From positions 1-52,547 of the forward strand of contig CAZTWC010000004.1 of assembly GCA_964617105.1 (NCBI GenBank): 52,547 nt of DNA. The letters are read 5' to 3'. This document shows positions 28,001-41,300 of this stretch, piece after piece (positions within the stretch are counted from its first letter, which is position 1; the number at the start of each line of letters is the position of its first letter). The notes under the pieces are model-generated. The model was not told the DNA's origin. It searched no databases and saw nothing but the letters and a program-made list of their open reading frames with translations. The stretch is from an uncultured Myxococcia bacterium (GTDB lineage Bacteria; CAZTWC01). Position numbers and translations under genes: made by a program.

Positions 28001-31000
28001 CCTCTACTTGACGACTTTGNNNNNNNNNNAAGGAGTCAGGTAAGTGATGATACTGAAATTCCCTCCCAGCTCCTGGCCTTGCACCACCCGGTAAAAGTAA
28101 CCCTTGATGCCCGATTCACCAGCCTCCTCAGAAAAAGCACTCCAGGCGGCAGATAAAACCGTGGTCTCAGAAGTAAATACGCCGGCTGGATAGGTAACTG
28201 TAACCTCCGTGGAGGAGGGTGGTAAAATATCCACCCTAACCTGATCTGAAGAGATCTGGCTGTAGGTACCGGCCTGGTTCCGGGCCTTGACATTAAAAAA
28301 GTAGTTCTGGTTGTGAACTAATTGGAGGTCACCCAAATTGTGTTCTCTGTTGTTGGTTATAGCGCCAGCATCTTTCCAGGTCAGTTTGGAGGGTTCCCCG
28401 GCCGGAAAACCAATAGAGTAAAGATAGTTGTAGATGCCTGACTGGGGATCATTAAAACCGCTCCAGGAAGCTCGTATTACTGATGAATCATTGATATAAG
28501 ACAAACCAGCACTATTAGTGTACACACTATCGATAGATACAGTTCCGGAAGTAAATTCTTGTAGATCGATAAGCAATAATTTGCTTACGCCCTCTTGACT
28601 CCAAAGACCGGCTCCGTTTTTGAATTTGACTTTTACCAAATACTCCGAATTGTGATTTAGATTAAGATTGGGCAATACTCTCTCTCTGTTAGAACCCACA
28701 ACTTCCCGCCAGTCATAGACAACTTGATCATCTTTGGTAAACAGAGCATATTGAATTTTACTCACTCCAGACTCTGGATCAGTTGGCTCCTCCCAGGAAA
28801 AATGGAGATAATCTTGGTATTGCTGATTAGCATAAAGGTCTTCTTGCCCATCGTATTTACCATATTGAAACTCATGATCAAAAAGGTCAAATATAACCTG
28901 CGGAGTTTCAGGCGGAGTGTGATCAATAGTTATTCCATTGGAAACCGCTCCGGTACTCCACGTTCCAGCGCCATTTTTCACATACAGATGAAAATAGTAT
29001 TTATTTTTATCTTCAATGGACAACTCCAAATCAAGGCACTCTTGTTGCAAGCCTACTGATTTAAGCTGCATCAAATTTTGACTGGAATCATCTCCAGGAT
29101 AAACTTTTGAACGACTGCTGGTGCCAATACTGCAAGCATACTCCACTACTCCGGATTCTAAATCTTCAGCACCGCTCCAGGAGGCTCGCAAGCTATCTTT
29201 GTTGGCGGAATAGATACCCTGGTCAGTAATAATCGGCTTTTTAGCCGGCGTAGCATCGTACAGAATTCCATCAGTTACTCCGGCCGAACTCCAGGTTTCA
29301 ACCCTGTTTCTAGCATACAGGTGAAAATAGTAAGTGGTGTTGTGCTGCAAGTTCAGGCTGGAAGGGCTACAATTTCTGGAAGAGGAACCATAGTATTTCA
29401 TCCCCATGGTATTTTTGCTGTCAGCAGTGCCTGAATAGGTTCCTGCAGTTTTGTCAGTGCCTATAGAGCAGGCATAAGACTTAATACCGGATTCCGGATC
29501 TGAGGCCGCATCCCACTGAGCAGAAATAGTGGAGGAGTTGGAGGTAAAACGGCCGGTATCGCTGATCGTAGAAGCGTCTGGAGCAGTGTGATCTGTAGTA
29601 GTGCCCTGGCTGACCCCTGCCAAACTCCAGGTGCCGGCTCCATTTTTGGCATAAATATGAAAATAGTAGGTGGTATTGTGTTTAAGAGGTAAGTTATAGC
29701 CCCAACATTTTCGTATATCGGCACTGTAAAATTTGATATCCATGATATCCCGGCTATAGATGGAACCTGGATAGGCTCCAACGTCATCTCTGCTGCCTAT
29801 GGAGCAAGCATATTGAATTACGCCGGTTTCATTATCAATGGACTCGGAAAAGATCGCCCCTAACCGGGTTAGACTGGCGGTCATGTGCCGGCTGTCCACG
29901 ATTATTCCTCTATCGGTTACCGTTGGAGCAGTTGAGGTTTCGTGATCCACTAAAATAGCCTCTGAAACTCCGGCCGCACTCCAGCCGTTGGCTCCGTTTT
30001 TAGCATAAATGTGAAAATAATAGCGCTTGTTGTGTTGTAAAATGAGATCTGTTCCCACACAATTTGCAGCAGTGCTATCAACATATTTTAGATCCATCAC
30101 ATTTCTGGAGGCAACATCTCCCGGAAAATGCCGGGAAAGACTGCTCTCACCAATGGAACAGGCATACTGAGTGATCCCGGATTCATCATCCTGGGCGCCT
30201 GTCCAGGCAGCCTCTAAACTGTTTTCACTGGCAGTATAATATACACCTTTGCCAACCTGGTAATAGGTGGGTTTATCACCTTTTATAACCGTAACCATTG
30301 GCTTAGCCGGAGGATAAAAGTCCATTAGAATACCATTGGAAACCCCGGCCTTACTCCACAAGCCAGCCCGGTTACGGGCATATAGATGAAAATAGTATCT
30401 ACTGTTATGTTGCAGAGCCAGACTACTGCCAATACACTCCCGGCTGGTAGAGGTGAAACTCTTTAGAGCCATGGTATTTTTACTGTTGGCTAAACCGTCA
30501 TAGGTACCAGATATACTATCGGTACCTATTGAACATTTGTATTGGTTGATATCTGATTCGGGATCACTACTAGCAGTCCAGGTGGCTTTCAATTCTGACT
30601 GGTTTTTACTGTAATCTCCCTGGTCAGATACAATTGGTAATGAAGGAGCGGTGTGATCCACCTTAATCCCATCTGAAACGCCGGCCTGGGTACTAAGGCC
30701 GGCTCCGTTTAGGGCATAGATGTGAAAATAATAGGTAGTGCCACTTTGCAGATTCAATCCAGTACCCTGGCAAGAGGTTTGGCTGGGATCATACCCTTTT
30801 AACTCCATCACATCCTGGCTGTTAGCATTGCCGGGATAATCACCAGGGGTGCTTTCGGTACCTATGGAACAGGCATATCTGACCACCGTGGATTCATCGT
30901 CAACCGAACCGCTCCAAAAAGCAGTCAAACTATCATTGCTTACAGTGTAGTTGCCACTGTCAGTAACGATTGGCGTGGATGGGGGCGTCCAATCGGTCTG

Positions 31001-34000
31001 GATAGGTGGACTTACCTCCGCAGTTGACCAAATCCCCGCTTCATTTTCAGCATAAACATGAAAATAGTAGGTAGTGTCATCGTCTAGTTCCGTACCGGAA
31101 CAGCCAGTAGCATCGGGACCAAGGTATTGCATTGCCTTAACATTAAAGGCGCCGGCCTGGCCCGGATAGGTACCGGCCACACTGGAGTTACCCACTGAAC
31201 AGGCGTATTGGGCAATTCCCGATTCTTTATCTTCCGCCTTGGTCCATAAAACCTTAAGGCCGGTTTTACTGGAAGTGAAACGTTTACCAACCAAAATCTT
31301 CGGTTTTCTCGGTGGAGTAGCATCGTATTTAATGCCATTGGATACTCCGGCTTTACTCCATAGACCAACACTGTTTTTTGCATAAACATGGAAATAGTAG
31401 GTGCCGCCATTGGTAAACCTTAATCCTTTACCAATACAGCTTTTGATTATGGACTTGCGCATACTGAGCCCCATAATATTTTTAGATTCGGAGCTGCCGG
31501 GATATTCGCCAGAAACAGGGCTGGTACCAATGGAACAAGCGTATTGGACCAACTCAGATTCTGGTTCAGAAACCGGTGCCCAGTTGGCTTTGATGATATT
31601 TTTAGTGCTATAATGGCGGCTTTTAAATTTCTTCTCCGCATCAATCACCACGATAGGAATGGTAGGGGGAGTAAAATCGGTTTTTATGGCTGCACTAACT
31701 CCGGACTTGCTCCAGTTACCAACCATATCTTTGGCATAGATGTGGAAATAGTAGTTGGTGTTATGGGACAGGTTGAGTGCCGAGGAAGTACATTTCCGGT
31801 CATTGGAGTTGTAGGATTTTATCCCCATTATATTTTTAGCCAAAGAGAAACCAGAGTAGGCACCGGAACTGCTGCTAGTACCAATGGAGCAAGCATAACC
31901 ATTTATACCGCTTTCACTATCTTTTGAAGCATCCCAACTGGCAGCCAAACTACTGTTATTTCCAGCAACAGAGATATTTGGCCGGACTTTGGGAATCGCA
32001 GGGGGATTTAGGTCCGCCTTTATACCGTTGGATACTCCAGCCGGACTCCAGAGTCCGGCCTGGTTCTTGGCATATATATGAAAGTAATAGGTGGTGTTGT
32101 TAGAAAGATTCAGCCCGCTGCCAGTACAATTGCGGTCACTGGCGCCATAGTATTTGATCCCCATTACATTTCTGGAGTCAGAACGCCCAAAGGAACCGTT
32201 ACTGTAATTGCCAGTCCGGTTGCTGGTACCGATGGAACAAGCATACTGTGCTATTGGCGATTCTTTTTCCTCCGCTGGTGTCCAGGAGGCGCTCAAAGTG
32301 CTGGTGTTTCCAATATAGGCGCCCTGATCAGTCACTGCAGGTTTACCAGGAGCAGTAAAATCCACCATAATACCATCGGAAACTCCGGCTGAACTCCACA
32401 CGCCGGCCCCGTTTTTAGCATATAGATGAAAGTAATAGGTCTCGCCAGTGGTTAAATTCGCACCATTGCCAATACATTTTCTATCCTTAGCGCCATAAAA
32501 TTTGATATCCATGGTGTTCTTGGAGTTGGCACTGCCGGGAAAAGCCCCGGCACTGTTACTGGTGCCGATAGAACAGGCATACTGCGTAACTCCGGATTCA
32601 TTATCAGAAGCAGGTGACCAGGAGGCAGAAAGACTGTTTTTACTGGTTGTGTATTGCCCCTGGTCGTATACTGCGGGGCTAGAAGGGGCGGTAAAATCGG
32701 TTTTTATCCCGTTGGAAACCCCGGCAGCGCTCCATTTCCCCAGATTGTTTTGAGAGTATACGTGAAAATAGTAGGTGGTATTGTGCTGTAAATTAAGGCT
32801 GGTGCTCTGGCAATTTGTGGTGCTGCTGTGAACCGTAATAAGCCCCATTATGTTTTTGGAATCTGCCCGGCCAGAATAGATACGGGAGATACCGCTGGTG
32901 CCAATTGAACAGGCGAACTGGCTAATCCCCGATTCATTATTTGAAACTGCAGACCAGGTGCCGCTCAAGGATGTGCTGCTGGAGGTATAAGTACCATGAT
33001 CGTTGACAATTGGTTTTGAAGGCGGAGAGTTATCCACTTTAATCCCGTCTGTCACTGCCACCTGGCTCCATCTGCCGCTATTGTCACGAGCGTAAATATG
33101 AAAGTAGTAGGTGGTATTGTTGCGCAAACTGGCATTGCATACACACTCCCTGATATTGGCGCCCAGTTGTTTAGTCCCCATTACATTTTTGCTGGATTCA
33201 GCGCCCGGATAAGCGCCGGGGGAATTGCCAGTGCCCACTGAACAGGCGTACAAAGCAATCCCCGATTCGTTATCAACCGCTGCATCCCAAAAGGCTTTGA
33301 TGGTGCTGGAAGCGATATAGGCGCCCTGGTCGCGGACATTTTTAGGCGCAGTAGGCGAATTGCGATCCACCTTGATGCCATTGGAAACCCCGGCCCGGCT
33401 CCATAGACCGGCGTGGTTTTTAGCGTACACATGAACATAGTAATTAGTACTGTTCTGTAAGTTCAATCCGGAAAAATTACACCTGGTGGTATTTTCCGAA
33501 ACATATTGAACCGGTTTGATGTTTTTGGAACCGCTGTTGCCGGGAAAATTACCAGTGGTATTGCTGGTGCCCAGAGAGCAGGCATATTGGGCAATTCCCG
33601 ACTGGGAATCAGAAGCGGATGACCAACTAGCAAATAACGTGGTATGGTCAGTGGTATAGGTGCCGCTATCAGATACCGCTGGCACCGATGGGGCAGTGGT
33701 ATCTATTAAAATACCATTAGAGATCCCGGAGGCACTCCAGAGCCCCACACTGTTTTTGGCATAGATGTGAAAATAGTATCTATTCCCGTTTTTAGCGGTA
33801 AACTTGCCGCTGGTACTGCAGGAACGGCTATTAGCGGTATGAGTGCTCAAAAAGGTGAGGCTTCTGGCAACGTCATTATAGGAGATGGAGCGGTTGGTGA
33901 TCCCGATATAGCAGGCGTATTGGCTAATAGAGGAGGCATCTTCGCTCGCTGCCGTCCAGGTGGCAGTCAGGTTGCTGGCGTTGGTAGAATAATCACCCTC

Positions 34001-37000
34001 GTCAGAAACCGCCGGTTTATCCGGGGCTGAAAAATCGGTCCTGATCCCGTTGGAAACTCCCCCCCGGCTCCAGGCGCCGGCATTGTTACGGGCGTAGACA
34101 TGGAAATAATAAACCTGGTTGTGAACCAAAGACAAATTGTTTGCCCGGCAGGTTGTTCCCCGGCCCACCGAAGCGAGAGCTCTAATATTGCGGGAATCTG
34201 CCCGTCCTGAGTAATTACCGGCAATCTTGTTAGTGCCGACTGAGCAGTGATATTCCGCTATTCCCGATTCAGAATCGCTGGCATGGGGCCAGGTAGCGGA
34301 TAAATCTTTAGAGGTGGTTAAGGAACCCTGGTCAGTCACAGATGGTATGGAAGGTGCTGTGGTATCAACTTTAATGCCGTTAGATGAGAGCACCGAACCT
34401 ACGTTGCCGGCGTTGTCAATGGCCCGCACCGAAATGTAGTAGGTAGTGCCGCTGGACATCTTTATGGAAGAGACAGTTACGCTGGTGGCAGTGCCCACAT
34501 TGGTCCATCCCCGCACATTGGTGGCGCCTTTTGAGGTGCCCACCGCGTATTGGTAAAGATTGACGCCGCTGCCATGATCGCCGGCGGTGGCCCACCAAAA
34601 CTTCAATTGAGAGGTGCTCCTGGTATAGGTACCTTCGTCCTTTACCCAACCAACGGCATTGGGAGCATGTTTATCCACGGTTACTATCCGCTTTTCGCCG
34701 CTAGACCAGAGACCAGATTTACTCTGGGCTCTTACCCAGAGATAGAGTTTGTCATTGGTGCCATAACTGGAACGATCGCCAATATCCACATAGTTTCTGG
34801 TGCTGATATCAGAGTACCAGCCCAAAGGTGGTTCAGAGGAGTTGTTGCGCTGGAGGTTATACCGGTAGCGCAACAATCCGGAAGGCCCCACATTGACGTT
34901 CCAGGTACCTTGTACCGATTGGTCGGCTCTAAGATAGGTGGGCAAACTAAAACTGGTAATGCCGGGAGTTTTGGCATCCACTTTAACTGTACACCAGCCG
35001 CTCCATCTGGAGTTGGAGTTGTTGCTGTCCCGGCCATAGACCCGGAATTTGTTGACGCCGTTGTCACCTATGCCATCATTGTTAAACTTTACGTTTTTCA
35101 GGTAACTGTGTGAGCCGGAGTTAGCCCATCCGCCAGAACGGTGGGGGCCATAACGGCCAGCCTGCTTGAAACCACCGTCAAATATGCCATAGGCTCGATC
35201 GCTGTCACCATCTACCATCCGGGCTCGCAGGTTGTGCCAGGGTGTATTATACCAATGGCTGGATGAGCAGGGGCTGAGTTGATCCGGAGTGTTGGGTGTT
35301 CGATTCCTGATGGTTACCGAAACGCTGGCTGTTGATCCTACGTAGGTCCGGCCATCTTTGTAGTACCGGGGATAAAATTCAGCCTTGATGATTTGGCCGG
35401 GCGAAGTTTCCGAAGAGGGCAAAGGATTTTGGTTATCCTGCCCGGGAAGATGACTGCCGTTTCTATACCATTTGATGCTGTATGCCGAGGGATTAATATT
35501 GTGGTAGCGCAAGGTCAGATTTTGGTTGGAGTATGGCGATGCGGGAGCAATAGAAACTGCTGGCGGATTTGCAAAAATCAAAATAGGTGTAGTGGTGGTC
35601 TGGCTAACGTGCCCGGCCTTGTTCTTTACTTGTAAGGAGATGAAGTAAAAAGTCTCGTTGTTAAGGTTCAGACCGGAATGATTAATTCTGCCATAGATAC
35701 GGGTGCCGCTAGAATTTCGGTACGATGCCAGCGCATCTCGCCAATTGACTACGTTGGGGCAGTTGGGGCAGGTGCCAATGGCGTAACGAGCATATTCTAT
35801 ACCACTGTGATCATCTAGAGAGTCCCAATTGGCCACCAAATTAGATCTGCTGTTGTGAACTGCGGGATAGGCGCTAAGTTGGGCTCTGGGTGCACTAGCA
35901 TCGATGATCAATTTATCGCTTTGCATCACATTGGAAAAAAGACCAGCATTATTCTTGGCCCGTACACAAAAACGATAAGCATCGCCGTCTTTCATGCCGC
36001 GGCGGTACCAATAACTCCTGGCGCCGCGCATATTGAGTATGCCTTCCCCATTGGTACAGTCGGGCCACCGGCCTAAAGCCACCTCGTAGTGGCTGATTCC
36101 GCTGTGAGGCTCGTCGGCAGAATCCCATTTGACCAGTAATTTGTCTCTATCGTGATTATACTTGACGCCGCCATAATTGCGGTGGTAATGGTCCCACCAA
36201 CTGTTGAAGTTGTTAGGTGCGGAGCCATCTATGCCAACATACCACCAACCGCTCCAGCCACTGGTAGCACCCTGATCATCATAGGCGTAAGCCCGCCAGT
36301 TGTATTTGCTGCCTCTATCGGAATGGCTCCCGGTTTGATTGGCATCAGCGCATGATACCTGGCCGCTCCCTACCCAGTTGCCCCAAAACTCATCTCCGTT
36401 TAGATTGAAACGCGCCCGCACTTTGTTGCCGTCCGGATCGCTAACTTTGACACAGAGTTGAGGGGTACGATCTGTGGTCCAACTGTAGTTGCCAGGACTA
36501 TGATGTGTGGGCGTAGAAGGATTTTTGTTTGGTAAGGTATAAGAAACTCTAAGTCTGGGATAATGAATAGCGTAGCCTCTGTTGCCGCCTTCATTTATGT
36601 GCCAGCCCAGGGCAAACCAGCGCTGCCCCAGCAGGGAAAGCAACTGCGCTCGGGCTTGTCCGCCTAAGTCGGTATAATTATTGTAATAACCTGGCGCCCA
36701 GCGTTGGTGATAAAGTGTCTGTCCACCTATATGGTGGTATTTGTCATGCCTCCCCATATGAACAGGGTTGGTGTTTATTTCCCTGATGTAGAGATGGGCA
36801 TTTCCCTTGATATTCCAGGCATAATAACTGACCTGCACCTCATCAATACTTTTAGGATGCTGACCGGTCAACCAGCCGGTGTCGTAACGACTTATCATCC
36901 GGTAACGTTCACCATCGCAGGTTTTACACCAACGAAAAATATCGTACCATTTGCTATGAAAAGACTCATATACTCCCATCCAATTGCCAGCCGGACTCCG

Positions 37001-38356
37001 GTAATATTCCCATTTTACAACAAAATGCTTAGTGCAACCCCACCGCCTGCAACTGAGGTCCTCATTGCCGCCAACCTGCCAGCCCCAGTTACTGTCAAAA
37101 TAGGCGGGAGAGGGATCAATTACCACCGGGTAATTGCGCTCTTTCTCCAAAAGCCAATCGGCCAAAACCAAAGTTTTAATTACATAGAAATCGCCTTGCC
37201 TGGATACTCTTTGTTTACCCATGGCAAAAGTGCCAAAATCTTTCTGCTCATAGATTTTAGGAGGAGTAACATAATAGATAGTGTTACCCTTCCGGTCAAC
37301 AAACTCTAAAAAACGGGCTTCTATCTCCTCCGTGCCCACCTGCTTGCCGTCTGCCAGCAGGTCCAAAGAGGTTTTTAGATGGGACTCCAGATACAGATAC
37401 TCTCCCGGTTTAATATCGGCAGGTGCAAAGTGGAGAATAAGGTTATGCTTTACATTGTTATTGCCCGGCAGATACTCCTCATCCACTTGGGGGAAAATAT
37501 TCCGATAGAGCAGGCGGGTTTCCACCAGAGACTGTCCCTGCTCCAGGCTCATGTTGTCCTCTGGATTGCTTATCCCTTCGCCAAATTTTGGTCCCCGTTG
37601 ACGCCAGTCAAATTTGGTCAATTCTCCATCAGTTTTCTGGGCATCTTTCTGCCATAAAACCTGCCCCATTTGATCCACCGCCCCCATTTTTTTGGCTCCC
37701 CATTGCAGAGGTTTTTCTCCGCGCTTCTGCAGAGATATGGTTTGAACGGTACCGCTTTGAGCAGCCATTAGAATTTTCGTCCCATTGTTCAGAGAGGCGT
37801 ACTTATAATTTTTTTCAGTTATTTTTTTAGGTTTATAGAGACTAAAATTGGGCTCGATCTCTTTCCATTTACCATTGTCATCTTGAAAATAGGCGGGACC
37901 GGAATTAATAAGAGCGGCTCGTTTATTGCCCTGGAGTTTTTCTATTTTGGTGGATTCATTGACAATGCCAAAGAGTTCCCGTTTACCCATGGCCTGCAAA
38001 TCGGCCCGAAGTCGATCTTGCCGCTCAATTTTTTCTATATCAGCCATCTCTCTGAGATTTTTCATACGGCGTAGAAAATAACTGTCATCCGGAGTAGGTG
38101 GATTATATTTTAACTCCTCACTTTGCAACTTATTGAGATTATATATCGCTTTTCGTTGGGCTACGATTCCGGTAATTTTTTTAAGCGGATCCTCTTTTTT
38201 ACCTGAAGAATCGTCTTTATCTCTCCCAGCCTGCTGAAAGGAGTTGGACGCACCGCAGCCAAACAGCATTAGGGAAAAAAGTATTACCGACACTCCCCCT
38301 ATCTTAGATATCCACCTGGGTCTAATATTTTTATACTTTTGGTAATTTATCATCAC
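25059..38356 (-). CDS. giant surface lipoprotein (~4430 aa; ORFs 28004..38356 and 25059..27956 joined across the N gap): WapA/Rhs-type N-terminal domain, DNRLRE-like domain, ~25 FN3-like repeats, ConA/LamG-like lectin domain, C-terminal Ig-like domain
   Basis: Lipobox LMLFGC. Motifs P.YF....GKWKEI..F, YRNIFP.VD.EY......KHNLIL, WL....R.YPVVIDP, and repeats D.T.P..P.V.D.G...W....D.ESGI.QYACSIGT...YYFH.YAKN.AG.WS. The frame of the 965-aa ORF is open back to the gap (QSRQVEAAITSPTLQHGKRYYMLVKARDHVG) and completes the interrupted repeat. Confidence 0.85.
28020..28029. other. scaffold gap (10 N placeholder)
   Basis: Run of N in the sequence; it causes the apparent frameshift. Confidence 0.98.
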
Positions 38357-41300
38357 TTACATGCCTCTCTGGAGTTATTTACGGTAAACAAATTGGATGC
38401 CCCGCTATCACCAAAGGCCGGATTAAAGGGGACTATCTCTATCTGCACATCGGTATAACAGGTATCGGGAAAATCTTTGGCTGAATCCCATTTGACGGTG
38501 TGTAGGCTCCCTCCAGGAGTAGCGGTCAAATTAAAAACGGTCTGGGCTTCGTTAACCACAGTGGCCAACACTCTGGTTTTGGCATTTGTCTCTCCACCAT
38601 CGGGTTGCTCTCCAACTCCGGCGTCTTGCAGAACAGAGTCCGGAACCTCACCTCCATCATTATCGATCTCTATAGTACCATCTTTTTCATCATATATATA
38701 GTAAACCTCAATACTGCTACTAGTTGCCTCCGGAGCAGTAAGGGTAAAGTTGATCTCAATATTGCCGCTGGTAAGCCCGGTTGGAGCCGTTACACTGGCC
38801 ACAGACACCCGGGGATTGCGATTATCAATATCGAATTCATCTGATAAGACCTCTTTACCTTCCGCCTCATCATTGGGTTTAATTTTGATCATTACCTTGA
38901 ATTCAAATCCATCTATATCTTTTTTGCTGTTCCAGATAAAATGGTGATCCTTTCCCTGGGGAGAGGATGCCACCCCCTCTATCTTTGGACTGTCATCAGC
39001 CAGGGTAAGTCCGCTAAAATCATCCCCTTCATTAACCGGCATGGTGACAAAGGAAACCGCCAGGTTCACGGGATCGCTCTCAGCATCTATTACGGTGTAT
39101 TCAAATTTAATTCTCCCCTTTAATTCACCCACAGGACCTTTTATTACCACCTGAGGCGGAGTGTTTATGTTGTCTAATTCAAAGGGGGCAAGGGTGACTG
39201 CCAAACCAGTGGCCTCTTTGGTAAAGGGTGTTAACCGCAAAGTAACAGAGTTGAAGTGCCTATACTCCAGATCCACAAAACTGTCCCAGATAAAATTATG
39301 TTTTACTCCCTCGGCAGAGGTGGCCAATTCGCTGTTACCCTCACACTCCTCGGCCATGGCAGCGGGAAAATAGGTTTGGCCGTCAAGGCTGTACTCCACG
39401 AATATATCTGCCCGGGTACTGCTTTTCTCTTTCAGGTTGTAATCTATTTTTACTTTGCCCCGTTGTTTTCCAAATAAATTTTCCACCTGGATAACCGGAG
39501 TGGCCAGGCCTGAATTATCAATAAAAAATAGTTCTGATTCACTGCTTGAACCATCAACAATGTCTGTAGGAGTTATTTGCAAATAGACACCGGTACGGCC
39601 GATTAAGCCCAAATCCTGTAAAGAATTCCACACAAAGGTGTGCTCTTCGCCCTGAGGAGAGGAGGTTAGATTGGTGACCGCTGACTGCTGTTCCTGTCCC
39701 GGAGCCACACTGGCCAGGGAGTAGTCGGTTTCGGTTTCAATCCTGAATTCCACCTTCACACTCAAGGGATCGCTCTGGGCATCTTTCAGTTTGTATTTAA
39801 AAGTGACGTTGCCATCCTGAACATCAGAAAAACTGCTGATAATAATAACCTCCGGCGGGGTATTGGTACCACTGTTATCAACAATAAAAGGGCCGGTCAG
39901 GTCAGATCGCAAGGGGTCAAACTGGGAAGCAAAATCTTTGGCCTGCAACCTGAAGATAATGTTTTCGTCTCTTTTGCCGTTCACCTGTCCGTGGCTATCC
40001 CAGGTAAAATTGTGCTCTATACCTTCTGCAGAGGATTCCAACTGGACTACCGGGCCGCTGTCAGCAGCGGATGTGCATTGCTGGTAATCAAAATCATTGG
40101 ATTTTACTTCAGCAGTAATGGCGGCCAGGTTGGAAGTTTCATCTTTTATTAAGTATTTAACCTCAATGTCACCGCTAAAAATCCCGGTCAGAGGCGGGTC
40201 GATAATTACTGTAGGCGGTTTGTTGGCCCGATTATCCACCGCAAAAGCAGCGGTCTGCCGGGGTTCTCCCCTGGCGGAATCGGAAGCCTCCATTTTAATG
40301 ACCACCTGCCTCTCCTCCTTTGCCCCCAAGTCTGCCATGCTGTCCCAGACAAAGGAATACATTTTTCCATCTTTACTGGTCTCCAGGTTGTCCAGGTCAT
40401 CACCCTGTCCCACTATCCTGGTGGCCGGGACGAAATTGATCCCATCTATTGAGACATCCACGGTAACGGAGCAAATGTCATCATCATCGTCAATTAAGAA
40501 ATAGGCTATTTCCACCTTATCCCGCTGAATAGTGGCCGGAGTAAATACCGCTACCCGGGGACGGGTGTTGGGCTTGCGGTTATCCAACTGAAACTCGCCG
40601 GTTATTACTGGTTCTCCGGCTGATTCGGCATCAGAAGGAGTTATCCGGAAATAGACCTTATCCACCAACTTATTAACCACATCCTGGCTTGAATTCCATT
40701 TGAATACATACTCTATCCCCAGGGGCGAAGTGAGCCGTCCCTGATCAACATAGGCATCTTCACTGCCATCTACCGGAGTAGCAGCCATATAACTAACGCC
40801 ACCGTCTATAGAGAATTGCGGCAGAATAAAAGCACTGTGACTTTGACCGTCCTTTAGAGTGAAATTGATCTCAACCTGATTGCTTTGACGCCCGGCCGGG
40901 GTCTGTATAGTTACAACAGGCGGCGACAGTTGCCGGTTATCCACCTCCATCAAAGAGGTCACCACACTGGTACCCAACAGGGAATCTTTGGGGGTGAAGC
41001 GAAATTTTATTTTTTTTGGACCCTGTAAACCAAAGTCTGCCACCGAGTTCCAGGAGAAGATATGCTCCACACCATCTGGCTCCGGAGCAGAGGACAACTC
41101 TTTCATACTTTTACTTTCCGGCGCTAAAGTGGCGGGTTGAAAAGTGCCGTTCTCCTCTTTTACCTCCACCGTCACCTCAGTGGGGCTGTATTCACTGTCT
41201 TCCAACTTGAATTTAAAACCCACATTACCCGATACCGGAGAGGTGGGTATATAGATGAGAGTCAATTGGGGCGCAGTGTTTCCTCCGGCGTTATCTACTG

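Noticed and set aside
28004-28033. Programmed frameshift or pseudogene in the giant gene
   Set aside because: The frame change coincides with the N placeholder, so an assembly artefact is the simpler explanation.
25059-38356. Rhs/polymorphic toxin
   Set aside because: Despite the WapA-like N-terminus, there are no YD repeats, no PxxxxDPxG core motif, no toxin tip and no small downstream immunity gene.
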